This document shows positions 45,501 to 54,369 of a DNA stretch of 64,000 nucleotides, piece by piece; the stretch's first letter is position 1, and each line of letters begins with the position of its first letter. The position numbers were made by a program, and so were the translations under genes. The stretch is from Bacteroidetes bacterium UBA2364 (GTDB lineage: Bacteria > Bacteroidota > Rhodothermia > Rhodothermales > UBA2364). Below the pieces are notes generated by a model that saw only the letters and a program-made list of their open reading frames with translations, was not told where the DNA came from and made no database searches. The stretch covers positions 19,748 to 83,747 of the forward strand of contig DDTM01000021.1 of assembly GCA_002344075.1 (NCBI GenBank). The letters are read 5' to 3'.

Positions 45501-48500
45501 TCCACCATCCATGTCCTCGAAATTCATCAAGGGAGGCATCATACATAGCAGCCACCATTTCGGCAGCCACGGCCTCGCCTTTCGATCCGGTAATTCTGAG
45601 TCGCCACTCCTCTGCCTGTCCAGGATACAATTTATTTCGGAACGTCTCGAAGGCCAACTTAAGGTCTTTGTTGGAGAATGGGACATTGATGGTATGGGTT
45701 TCTGTATAAGTCCGGTTGTCGCGGATGGCCGAGAGGTGGTATCCCAAATTGCCTCTGTGTTCCTCCTTGATTGGGATAGACTTCAATACTTGCTGACCAT
45801 CTAATGTAATCACATCCGAAGAGATGATCTTGCCTTTGTGTTCTATCTCGAAAAGTACACGGGTTTTCTTGGTCGAGCCGATGAGAAATGTGGCATTTTC
45901 GCCGGGCTGCGCTGTTGTTTTGATCGGACGATGCCAGAATGGTTGCGGTAGAGCGAGTGTTTTAGCGGTTTCGTCATAGAGCGTAACGATCTGGCGTGTT
46001 TCTATGGGGCGGCCTTGTGGATCATTAGCGGTCAAAGCAATCAGGTAAGTACCCGGTTGTAGTTGTACCGATGATAGGTCTAATGGCGTATTTTTACCTG
46101 TATCAAAAGGTAAATTTACTATCACTTGATCTGTTTTCCAGTTTCGTTTTTCCAATTCGCCGCCGTATGGGTCGTTTGGAAGGAGTTTCCGAAACTCGGT
46201 CTCGGTCAGGGCTTGAACATCGGGTATATCCCCCGAAATTCTGGCTCGGAGCGTTCTATCGGGTGATTTTAGGCGAGAAATCGAAACTTGCCCAATGGTT
46301 GAGACGGCTTGTCCATTGAGGTTTTGGGTTCTGATAACGAGTTTCTTTAAGTCGTTAATAGATTGTATTTCCTGAAGATCAGCATTTAGGGTGATGGATT
46401 TGTAACCAACCCGCACATCGGTTTCGTTGCGGTGGTTTTCGCCTGTAATGTCCGTTACATTGGCCTCGATGTTATAGACAAAAATAGGCTCGGTTTTAGG
46501 GTCTTGTGTTGGATCCGGGCGGGCTTTGAAGCGAATGACAAAGTTGCCATCTGCATCGGTTTTGCCTTCGCCCTGTGCAATTTCGATAGGCGGGGCAGGG
46601 TTCCACCAATAGCGCCACCAACTCCATGGCGGCAACTCGGCGCGACGTGTAATTCGGTAAGAAACCGAGGCATCACTTAGGTTGGCTCCGGCAAAGGACT
46701 TGGCGCTAACCGTAACCGCCACTTCTTCGTCTAAGGCGGGTGTACCTTCTATGGGTTTAAACGCTACTTCAAATCGTGGACGTTTGTACTCCTCTACCGA
46801 TAGATATGTGCTGCCATGCTCGGTTTGGAGTCGGAATTGCCCTGTTAGAACGCCTGTAGGTAAAATGAATTCCCCTGAGATGGTGCCGAAAGCATTGGTG
46901 GTTTGCTTAACTTCCGACACCTTTTCGTTGTTGGCATTAAAAAGCTGAACGGTTACTTCCTGATCTGCTACAACCATCCAATTGTTCTCTTTTTTGGAGG
47001 AAATTTGGATGGCTTTGAAATACACTTTCTGACCGGGACGATAAATGCTCCGATCCGTGAAAAGGTGGGTGCGTAGAATAGTCCCTTGTTCCACAGGATT
47101 GTTCTGGTAATACGGATAATAGCGGTATTGTGCATTTTCGAATACCACTTGGCCTTGATAGGTGTAGCGCAAATAATACCGATTTTCGTAGTTAGAGCGC
47201 TCTTGTGGAATAGTGAGGTGTCCGTTTGCATCAGACTTATGGGTGCCCACCAACGTACCCGATTTGTTGTCGCGGGCAACACGGAATCGGGCGACTTCTA
47301 CACCTACAAGCGGCAAGCCAGTTGTTCGGTGCAAGAACCGAAGTTGGATATTTTTCTCGGAATCTCGGCGATTGAGGGCAATGTCCGAGACGGTGATTAA
47401 AGCGGTTCCATCACGATCCGAGGCGTCTGAAAAGTCTTCGGTTGATGAGACGAGTAGCATGTACAGTCCAGCCGGCAGTTTCGGGAAGGCTACCTCGGTG
47501 ATATGGCTTTGCATGTCGCCGTCATCCGGTAATTTCTGGCTTGCAAAGGCCGTTCCGCTTTGTTTACGGGCTTTGTTCGCGAAGCGGTTATATACCTCAT
47601 AATCTGCCTGAATGCGCATCCATTGATCGGTTGGTACGGGTACTGCCTTCAGAAAAGCCCGCTTGGCATTCATGAATGTGACACTTGCCGGAAAATACTG
47701 GTGCGGTTCTGTAAATTCCGGTAAAGTAAGTTGGATGGTGCGAGCGGTTAACTCGGATTTTAACCCTGTACAAGCCAAAGCGGCACGGCTTTTCGGGAAT
47801 TGACCGGCCACCTTATCACAAATAACCAACGCATCTTTTTTCTTCCATTTATGTGTTTGTGTCGGATCTTTGGCTTTGTATGTATTACCTTGATTTTTAT
47901 AGAGTTGTGCCAATTCCCAGTATGCTTCTGCAACGGCCTCTTGCTTATAGTTTCGAATAAGGGTATTTAGGGCACTCTCATACTGGCTGTCTTTCTCCGC
48001 CGAGACGGCGTGCAAGTACACGAACACCAGACGATTTACCTCCAAGTCTATCAATGCGGAGGGATCGTTGTTTTTAAGATGGAAGCGGGTAAGGTCTTGC
48101 CACAACCGTAGGGCATCCGCTCCAAGCGCCTCCTCGGCAAGGGGAGTTAGTTGTACGAACTTAGATGCTGGGGCAAACCATTGGGCATCGCGGATAGCAA
48201 ACCGTTCTTTCGGGTCGGATAGTCCCGCTTCTGTATTAGTAAAAAATGCAAGGGCGCGATGGGCAATAAAATCATAGAGGGTAGGGCGTGCGTTGGGATT
48301 GCCTTGCCGATAGACCACTGCATTCAGAATGCCAATTGGCAGTTGTTGTAGGGCCGTTGGATTGGCAACGGAGACCCGGAAATGGGCTTTTGCCTCATTT
48401 AGGATTTTGCGTAAGTCCCATGTTTCTATATCATTATCTTTAATACCCTCGGTAGTAGTCCGATTCATAAACCGCCACCGATTTTGCTGGTAATAATTCC

Positions 48501-48849
48501 AGATCATCTCGGCGTAGATCGAATGTAGGATGGGCTTCAGGTTGGGTAAGCCGTTTTCAATTTCGCCGCGCACCTCGTTCATAGCGTCGTTAAAGGTTTT
48601 CTCCTCGAGCGATTGAACAAAATGAGAGCGGAACATCAGCCCTTTTACAAATTCTGCCGTATTTCCCTCCGATTTGGCGTGGTCGGTAATGGTTTTGGCC
48701 AGATCGTATGCCGAGCGGTATTGGCCGTTTTCTAAAAATTGTTCGGCATTTTGCCAATTTTCGCGATAAAAATCGTTGGGTTTTGGTTGTGCCATGGTGT
48801 TGATTGCTGAGACAAAAAAGCCCAAGAAGAGACAAGTTAGAATTCTCAT
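42505..48849 (-). CDS. Bacterial alpha-2-macroglobulin family protein with thioester motif (2114 aa)
   Basis: Signal peptide. Macroglobulin-type beta-sandwich repeats are present (e.g. RSIYRPGQKVYFKAI, LSVEEYKRPRFEV). The thioester motif is CAEQ in YPYECAEQTF. The TED-like helical region shows LSNGAWPWF and WKTTTATANAVYALL. Confidence 0.9.
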   Translation of the reverse strand: MRILTCLFLGFFVSAINTMAQPKPNDFYRENWQNAEQFLENGQYRSAYDLAKTITDHAKSEGNTAEFVKGLMFRSHFVQSLEEKTFNDAMNEVRGEIENGLPNLKPILHSIYAEMIWNYYQQNRWRFMNRTTTEGIKDNDIETWDLRKILNEAKAHFRVSVANPTALQQLPIGILNAVVYRQGNPNARPTLYDFIAHRALAFFTNTEAGLSDPKERFAIRDAQWFAPASKFVQLTPLAEEALGADALRLWQDLTRFHLKNNDPSALIDLEVNRLVFVYLHAVSAEKDSQYESALNTLIRNYKQEAVAEAYWELAQLYKNQGNTYKAKDPTQTHKWKKKDALVICDKVAGQFPKSRAALACTGLKSELTARTIQLTLPEFTEPHQYFPASVTFMNAKRAFLKAVPVPTDQWMRIQADYEVYNRFANKARKQSGTAFASQKLPDDGDMQSHITEVAFPKLPAGLYMLLVSSTEDFSDASDRDGTALITVSDIALNRRDSEKNIQLRFLHRTTGLPLVGVEVARFRVARDNKSGTLVGTHKSDANGHLTIPQERSNYENRYYLRYTYQGQVVFENAQYRYYPYYQNNPVEQGTILRTHLFTDRSIYRPGQKVYFKAIQISSKKENNWMVVADQEVTVQLFNANNEKVSEVKQTTNAFGTISGEFILPTGVLTGQFRLQTEHGSTYLSVEEYKRPRFEVAFKPIEGTPALDEEVAVTVSAKSFAGANLSDASVSYRITRRAELPPWSWWRYWWNPAPPIEIAQGEGKTDADGNFVIRFKARPDPTQDPKTEPIFVYNIEANVTDITGENHRNETDVRVGYKSITLNADLQEIQSINDLKKLVIRTQNLNGQAVSTIGQVSISRLKSPDRTLRARISGDIPDVQALTETEFRKLLPNDPYGGELEKRNWKTDQVIVNLPFDTGKNTPLDLSSVQLQPGTYLIALTANDPQGRPIETRQIVTLYDETAKTLALPQPFWHRPIKTTAQPGENATFLIGSTKKTRVLFEIEHKGKIISSDVITLDGQQVLKSIPIKEEHRGNLGYHLSAIRDNRTYTETHTINVPFSNKDLKLAFETFRNKLYPGQAEEWRLRITGSKGEAVAAEMVAAMYDASLDEFRGHGWWMSLWNYTAPRMAWGTALFGTAHLAWSKTDPAESVPQRTYDKLQFEDENSLTDWPNFMNAVSGTAAAGTITGMVYDNAGKKAIPNAVVSLENTEFTTNTDAKGQFAFSNLKPGAYVVRVWHVQYTTALTPVLLAADKGIKMSYKLTWALEEMEYNGGGRRNRDGIFFAKAVPHMPASASMAARDMASAEVADEAAPPPPPAGQSNAPNEPSGGKPKNDLGEVKARTNLNETAFFLPQLRTNEAGEVVLVFTMPEALTRWNLLGFAHTKDLSTGQIRESVVTQKDLMVTPNAPRFFRENDTITFTAKVDNLSEQDLNGQAQLFLFDALTNQPIDAKFGNSKPQVDFTAKKQGNALLAWSLKVPEGISAITYRVVAKAGTFTDGEEAALPVLTNRMLVTESLPLPVRNAGETRFTFNKLLNNTSTTLRHQSLTVEFTPNPIWYAVQAIPYMMEYPYECAEQTFTRFYANAIASHIVAKQPKIQEIFRQWQTTDKETFLSNLEKNQELKSVLLEETPWVFQSNDEQERKKRIGLLFDTARMASELEGTMRKLREMQLSNGAWPWFKGMEPSQWVTQHIVSGFARLKQLGVYDAMSTEAKDMVARAVQYLDEQNRKDYAWIVQNGNLKNDNLSYFQIYHLYARGNFRNIEMNSKQKEAFDYFFDQAKKHWLAKSPYMQGMIAIGLHNYGETEVPNKVVVSLRERSINNKEMGMYWKGESGYWWYQAPIETHALMIEVFHKVANDAQAVEDLKLWLLKQKQTQDWKTTTATANAVYALLLRGTDLLAQQQNAKITIGSKVLDPQTDPTIRSQAGTGYFKTTIPATEIKPEMGKITVNKTGTSAAWGAVYWQYFEQLDKITPAATPLKLERILSVERNTPNGPTLAPITTNTPLKAGDRIKVRLVLRVDRAMEYVHLKDMRAAGFEPENVISGYRYQDGLGYYESTRDAATNFFIGWMNPGTYVFEYALRVTHAGDFSTGITSIQCMYAPEFASHSEGVRVQVRN
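44128..44139 (-). other. Thioester site codons (Cys-Ala-Glu-Gln)
   Basis: Plus-strand ttgttcggcgca is the reverse complement of TGC GCC GAA CAA, encoding residues 1571-1574 of the A2M-like protein. Confidence 0.85.
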
Positions 48850-48978
48850 GGTGTTGTAGTTTTAGAATAGATTCCGGTTTCTATGAGTCGAAGGGCGCAA
48901 ATCCGGAACGCCTGAAGTTACGGAAAAATTGCAATTGTTTTACGTCTTATACAAACGGTGATCAAAGTTTAAAGAGAA

Positions 48979-49386
48979 TTGCTCTGCCCGATCTTTACAC
49001 ATAGACAACAATTTTACCTGATGAGTACCAATCGGGGTTGCAGATTGGCGTATTTTGTGAAATGTTTTTTCTTGTCTCCTTCTCGACGATTTGGAAAGTC
49101 GTTATTGCTATCTACGCTCAAAGCGTTGTTCGAGGGCTGGAATTCGTTTTTTGAGGGACCTTGGATTTATGATAAATGGGACTGGGCACAACAATATCCG
49201 GTTGTACGCATCCGCCTGTTTGACGATCAAGCCGGTAATAGTAGCATGGTCAATATGAGATTGACTATCCGGAGGTGCGTCAGGCGGTGTATTTACACGT
49301 GTTGGGCTGGTTTTAGGTCGGTGTGCGTGCAGATCTTTCGAGCCTGGTGGTTCGTATGGCCCGTTATTTCGAACAGGATGCGTTAG
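48979..49386 (+). pseudogene. Decayed remnant of a predicted AAA-ATPase / PD-(D/E)XK family gene
   Basis: FLSPSRRFGKSLLLSTLKALFEG....EGPWIYDKWDWAQQYPVVRI matches the conserved N-terminal block of the 'predicted AAA-ATPase' family, which is normally about 500 aa. The reading frame then degenerates and ends. Only short similar fragments are seen in other frames. Confidence 0.5.
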
Positions 49387-49449
49387 CGGTGTAGATAAAC
49401 GGCTGGAAAAGCAAAATTATAAGTAAGTAACAAAATAAAAGAGGTTTTG

Positions 49450-49893
49450 ATGCGGACAATATTGCATTACATAGGAGAAATTAGAGAATTTCTAAACGAT
49501 AAAACAGATGGAACAGCGGGAAAGGTGAGTAACGCAGTGCTGAAGAGATTGCTCATGGAGGCTTATAATAGTTTACCTTTTTTACTGCCGCTACGCCTCA
49601 TTATTACAGCCGAGCAATTTGCAGATTATTTAATCGAAAAGAAAGAAGACCTGTTCAATGAGAGTCCGTCTAAAAAACGTAGAACTACCAGAAAGACAAG
49701 TACTTCCAAAACTACCCGCAGGAAAAGCACTACGACTAAAACAGGGCGAACCCGTAAACCGACCACGCAACGTGCTTCCCCATCAAGACGTTCTCCTGCA
49801 TCAGCCTCAAGGCAGAGGGCATCAACCCGACGGAGCAGTAAGACAGCGCCCCAAGTGCGTACAGTCCGACGTCGAAGTGGCATAGCGGCTTAG
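49450..49893 (+). CDS. Hypothetical protein with a ~75-aa polybasic Ser/Thr/Arg/Lys tail
   Basis: ATG at 49450. The N-terminal ~70 aa are helical (LNDKTDGTAGKVSNAVLKRLLMEAYN...). The tail reads KKRRTTRKTSTSKTTRRKSTTTKTGRTRKPTTQRASPSRRSPASASRQRASTRRSSK. No family was recognised. Confidence 0.6.
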   Translation: MRTILHYIGEIREFLNDKTDGTAGKVSNAVLKRLLMEAYNSLPFLLPLRLIITAEQFADYLIEKKEDLFNESPSKKRRTTRKTSTSKTTRRKSTTTKTGRTRKPTTQRASPSRRSPASASRQRASTRRSSKTAPQVRTVRRRSGIAA

Positions 49894-49962
49894 TTTTTCA
49901 AATTTATCGTGGGGGCGAGCCCTAAAATTTTTGTGAGGCGTTTCAATTAAAAACATTTCTCT

Positions 49963-51120
49963 ATGTCTAAAAGAATCTTGCTCTTTACAGGGAAAGGCGG
50001 GGTTGGTAAAACAACCTGTGCAGCCGCAACGGCTCTCCAAACGGCTTTGGAGGGCAAAAAAACGCTTGTTTTATCTTCTGATCCGGCACATAGTCTGGCG
50101 GATGCTTTAGATGTAAAATTAGGCCCCGAACCCGTATTGGTGACCCAAAACCTATGGGCACAAGAAGTTGATTTGTATTACTCCATGCAAAAATATTGGC
50201 AAAATCTGCGCCATATGTTGTTGGTATTGTTCAAATGGCAAGGGGTTCAGGATGTGGCTGCCGAGGAACTGGCTTCTCTTCCCGGAATGGCAGAGGCTTC
50301 CACGTTGTTGTGGTTAGACCAATTTTACACATCGGATGATTTTGAGGTGATTGTGGTGGATTCCGCGCCAACTGGAGAAACCCTTACCTTGCTCAGTTTG
50401 CCACAAGTGACACAGTGGTGGTTGACCAAAGCCTTTCCGTTCCAGCGATCTGCAGTTCAGTTGTTTGGAAAGGCCGTGAATACCTTTACAGGTGTACCGC
50501 TTGATAAAGGAGTAGAGGAATTAGACGCGATGTTTGGGAAATTAGAGCGCGTCCAAAAAATTCTGGCCAATCCAACCGTGACCAGTATGCGGATTGTGGC
50601 CAATCCAGAGCGCATGGTGATCAACGAGGCGCGCCGAGCTTATACCTATCTTCAATTATATGGTTATGGTGTAGATGCGGTTTTAGTAAACCGTGTTCTA
50701 CCCGATACCACCGACCCTGCTTGGGGTAAATATTTGTCTGCCCAGAAAAAATACCTTGAAGAAATTGAGAATAGCTTTTCTCCATTGCCCATTTTAAACG
50801 TTCCGCACCTTGGAGAAGAGGTTTTTGGTTTAGAAAGGCTACAAAAAATTGGAACCTTGTTGTATAAAAGTGAATCCCCAACCAAGGTTTTTTTCTCCGA
50901 GACAACCTATCGCGTGGTGAATGTGGAGGCCGGTTATCGCTTGGAGATCCGGTTACCTGCTTCCGATACCGAAGTCAATGTTCAACAATTTGGAGACCAA
51001 TTGGTGATTCAGGCGGGGCATCAGCGTCGAAATTATCTGCTTCCACAGTTTCTGGGTTATTATAAAATGAAGCATTGGCAGTCTCAAGATGGGTGGCTCA
51101 AGGTTGTTTTTGCGGAGTAA
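49963..51120 (+). CDS. ArsA/Get3 (TRC40)-family P-loop ATPase with HSP20-like C-terminal domain
   Basis: Deviant Walker A GKGGVGKTT, SSDPAHSLADAL, and switch II VVDSAPTGETL. The C-terminal ~80 aa beta-rich segment (YRLEIRLPASDTEVNVQQFGDQLVIQAGHQRRNYLLP...WLKVVF) resembles the alpha-crystallin-like domain seen on some ArsA homologs. Confidence 0.85.
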   Translation: MSKRILLFTGKGGVGKTTCAAATALQTALEGKKTLVLSSDPAHSLADALDVKLGPEPVLVTQNLWAQEVDLYYSMQKYWQNLRHMLLVLFKWQGVQDVAAEELASLPGMAEASTLLWLDQFYTSDDFEVIVVDSAPTGETLTLLSLPQVTQWWLTKAFPFQRSAVQLFGKAVNTFTGVPLDKGVEELDAMFGKLERVQKILANPTVTSMRIVANPERMVINEARRAYTYLQLYGYGVDAVLVNRVLPDTTDPAWGKYLSAQKKYLEEIENSFSPLPILNVPHLGEEVFGLERLQKIGTLLYKSESPTKVFFSETTYRVVNVEAGYRLEIRLPASDTEVNVQQFGDQLVIQAGHQRRNYLLPQFLGYYKMKHWQSQDGWLKVVFAE

Positions 51121-51133
51121 ATTGTGGTGATGC

Positions 51134-51168
51134 CAAAGAAAAGCCCCGGCCTATAAAGAGCGGGGCTT
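51134..51168 (-). terminator. Probable terminator of the M16 peptidase gene
   Basis: Minus strand: AAGCCCCG, a 12-nt loop, CGGGGCTT, then TTCTTTGG. It lies between convergent genes. Confidence 0.55.
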
Positions 51169-51189
51169 GGCGATAATAGTAGGTCTAAG

Positions 51190-54033
51190 TTATTGATTTT
51201 CAGGAAGTAGAACGAACCGCGCCACATTGTCTTTTTTCAGGTAACGACGTGCGGCGGTTTGGATGTCGGCGGATGTCATAGACTGGTACAAATCCTTAGA
51301 CCCTGTAAGGATCGTGCCCAGATCTTCTTTTAATTCGTCTTTGCGCATTATTTGCGACATCCAGAAGCGGTTTTCTTTTAGGTTCGTTTCCAAGTCGCGG
51401 TAATAGCCTTCTTTGACTTTGGTAAGTATTTCATCGGATACGCCCTTCGTTTGAACTTCTTCAATAACCCGCCACATGGCCGAATAGAGTTCGTCGGCAC
51501 GTGCAGGATCACTGGCGTAGCTCACGCTAAAGGTATAGAGTGGCAGGGGTTCTAATACGGCAATTCCCGAAGCGTTGGCGTAATAAGATCCGCTCAAGGC
51601 TTCACGAAGTTCCTCGCGCAACCGGATTTCAATGGCTTTACCTAATGCACTAAGGTGTACGCGGTTGTTGCGAGACCATTCAAAAGGTCCAGTAAACTGG
51701 ATTTCACTACTACTCTTGGGTTCTTTGCCTTTGAGTACCTTTTTTTCGATGACTCCTGTCGGTGGGCGAATACCCATGTCTTTCGCTTCTTCGGTTGTGG
51801 TTGTTGTGGGTAAACTGGCCAGATATCGTGCGATCATGGGTTTTATTTTTTCCACCTCAAAATTTCCGACGAAGTAGAATGAAAAATCGCCCGCATTGCC
51901 AAAGCGTTCACGATAAATTGCCAACGCCCGATCAGCATTTAATTCTTCCACTTTGAAAGATGAAAATGGACGAACTCTGGGGTGATAGCGTGACATTGTG
52001 ACCGAGATGGTGTCTTGGAATACATAGTCTGGTGCTGCAAAAAAGCCTTTAAACATTTGGAATTGGCTTTTAAACATGTTGAGTGAGGCTTCATCCAAAC
52101 GTGGTTGGGTAAAACGCAAATGGATAAGTTGGAACAGGGTCTCAAGATCTTTAGGGGATGCCATACCCGTCAGCCCCTCACTCCTGTCGCCTATGTACGA
52201 CCCTACGCGGGCTACTTTACCGGATAATTTTTTCTGCAATTCGATCATGCTGAAATTACCAATGCCGGCCATTGCCATCACCTGATTGCCAAGCTCAACC
52301 GAGGCGTAGTCTGCATCGGAGACCAGAGAAGTACCACCGGGGCTGGTTGCTGAAAAAAGTACTTCGTCGTTCTTGAAATTGGTGGGCTTAAGAGTCACCA
52401 TTGCGCCGTTCGAGAGGGTAAGACGGGTGATACCGGTGCTGGCTTCGGTCTCCGCTTTGGTGATGGCGCCACTTATAGGAAGTTGGGGCAACAACTCAGA
52501 TGTGGCTGCCGAGTCCGTGTAAGGCGTAATATCCTTCCCTTTCATCTTGTTCAGTACCGAGAACAGTTCTGATTCTGTGGGCAGTGGGTTGTTTTCGTCT
52601 TCTTTTCCGGTTACGTTTAGAACCCGGTTTTGGTCGGTCATATACCGTACTGCAAACTGATTGACCTCCTCCAACTTAATCGCTGGAAGGGCTTGTTTTA
52701 CATATTCATACTCCCAAGAAATGCCCGGTGCGGGTTCATTTTCCAAGAAATGCCGTACATATTCATTCGCGAAAGCATTGGATTCTGTTTTGTCTTTTTC
52801 ATTAAAATTGTTTTCATAACTCCGCAATAAATTTGCCTTCTCACGTTCAAATTCGCTGGGCAAGAAGCCGTGACGACGGATACGTTCGGCCTCGGTGAGG
52901 AGTACCTCCAAGGCATTGCTCATTTTGCCTTCAGGAACAATAGCGCTTAGTTGAAATGCATCCTTGGTACGGACAAAAGAACCATACCCACCTCCTGCAA
53001 AGGCAAAAGGAGGATTCGGTTTGGTCGCAATTTCCTGTAGGCGTGTGCTGAGCATACTGCTCCAAAGTTGGGATATCAGGCCCTCGCGGTAGGCTAAGCG
53101 GGAATTCGGATTCGTGGCGGGATGTTTGAAGATGATCCCGATTTGTCTAAACTCGGCTTCGGGGTCACTCACAATAGAAACCAGTGTTTCCGGGTGGTTG
53201 GGTACATCAAAATACTTTCGTGAGGCTTTTTTGGATGGGTTTTTGAGTGTTCCGAAAAGACGACGAATGTCCTTTTCCATTTTGACGGGGTCCACATCAC
53301 CCACAACTACAACAGCCATCAAGTCTGGGCGGTACCAATCTTTATAGAACTGTACTAAGCGGTCGTGCTTAAAGTTTTCGATGATTTCAGGTTTTCCTAT
53401 AGGCAGGCGCTTGGCATATTGTGAGTTTTTGAGAAGGACAGGAAATTGTTTGTCTCGGATTCGTTCTTGAGCGCCTAAACCAAGCCGCCATTCCTCGATA
53501 ACCACCCCACGTTCTTTATCCACTTCTGTAGGGTCAAGGGAGATATTTCCGGCCCATTCGCGCAAAACGTCCACGCCTTTATCAACCAAGCCAGGTTTGT
53601 CGGTAGGAACTTTGAGCATATATACGGTTTCATCGAAGCTGGTATAGGCATTCAGATCCGCACCAAAATTCACTCCAATGGATTCTAAGAAATTGACTAA
53701 ATCTTGTTTCTTATATTTTTTAGTGCCATTAAAAGCCATGTGTTCTAACAAGTGCGCAAGGCCCTGCTGGTCATCGGATTCCAGAATGGAACCTGCATTT
53801 AGGGCAAGGCGCAATTCGACACGGTTTTCAGGCTTGTTGTTTTTTCGGATGTAGTAGATGAGGCCATTAGGTAATTTACCAGTACGGATATTAGGATCCA
53901 TCGGGATCCTATCGGTTGGAACCTGCACCTGTTGCTGATCCCCTGGTTTGTTTTTGGGCTTTTGGGCATGGACCTCTGTTGCGCCTGTTATGAACAATAA
54001 AAGGGCGAGATAGCCCCAAATTTTCTTGATCAT
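51190..54033 (-). CDS. M16 family (pitrilysin/insulinase-like) zinc peptidase, double-unit
   Basis: Inverted zinc motif HLLEHMAFNGT (HxxEH). The 947-952 aa length fits fused active and inactive M16 halves. The signal peptide begins at MIKKIWGYLALLLFITGATEVHAQ (ATG at 54033; an alternative ATG is at 54048). Confidence 0.85.
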   Translation of the reverse strand: MIKKIWGYLALLLFITGATEVHAQKPKNKPGDQQQVQVPTDRIPMDPNIRTGKLPNGLIYYIRKNNKPENRVELRLALNAGSILESDDQQGLAHLLEHMAFNGTKKYKKQDLVNFLESIGVNFGADLNAYTSFDETVYMLKVPTDKPGLVDKGVDVLREWAGNISLDPTEVDKERGVVIEEWRLGLGAQERIRDKQFPVLLKNSQYAKRLPIGKPEIIENFKHDRLVQFYKDWYRPDLMAVVVVGDVDPVKMEKDIRRLFGTLKNPSKKASRKYFDVPNHPETLVSIVSDPEAEFRQIGIIFKHPATNPNSRLAYREGLISQLWSSMLSTRLQEIATKPNPPFAFAGGGYGSFVRTKDAFQLSAIVPEGKMSNALEVLLTEAERIRRHGFLPSEFEREKANLLRSYENNFNEKDKTESNAFANEYVRHFLENEPAPGISWEYEYVKQALPAIKLEEVNQFAVRYMTDQNRVLNVTGKEDENNPLPTESELFSVLNKMKGKDITPYTDSAATSELLPQLPISGAITKAETEASTGITRLTLSNGAMVTLKPTNFKNDEVLFSATSPGGTSLVSDADYASVELGNQVMAMAGIGNFSMIELQKKLSGKVARVGSYIGDRSEGLTGMASPKDLETLFQLIHLRFTQPRLDEASLNMFKSQFQMFKGFFAAPDYVFQDTISVTMSRYHPRVRPFSSFKVEELNADRALAIYRERFGNAGDFSFYFVGNFEVEKIKPMIARYLASLPTTTTTEEAKDMGIRPPTGVIEKKVLKGKEPKSSSEIQFTGPFEWSRNNRVHLSALGKAIEIRLREELREALSGSYYANASGIAVLEPLPLYTFSVSYASDPARADELYSAMWRVIEEVQTKGVSDEILTKVKEGYYRDLETNLKENRFWMSQIMRKDELKEDLGTILTGSKDLYQSMTSADIQTAARRYLKKDNVARFVLLPENQ

Positions 54034-54318
54034 GGTATGATATTGCATATAATGGTGAATAAGGATTTGGGAATCTAAAAAGTACTATATGTATGTTATG
54101 ATCTCGGTAATTGTTTCATGAATACGCTAATATTTTGTGCTATACCTTTGGAGAATACTACCTATTGCCTTGTCCTAATGGGCTTATTGTTTTGTAATGC
54201 CCGTTGGCCGTATTGTATTAACACCGCACGTCTCGTTGATCATGCTATTCGCCCTGATAAACTGTTTAAGGTATTATGCGCTCCAATCCAATAATAGGCA
54301 AGTAATCAAACATGGCAT

Positions 54319-54352
54319 AAAAAAGCGGCATTGGAGAATCCAAAGCCGCTTT
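54319..54352 (-). terminator. Rho-independent terminator of the S8 peptidase gene
   Basis: Minus strand: AAAGCGGC, a 15-nt loop, GCCGCTTTTTT. Confidence 0.65.
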
Positions 54353-54369
54353 GCGGTATCGTTTAGGAT

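Noticed and set aside
49626-50040. Antisense and off-frame ORFs (72-85 aa) over the polybasic-tail coding region.
   Set aside because: They are a repeat-composition artefact of the ACN/CGN/AAR-rich tail, and they overlap the better-supported plus-strand gene.
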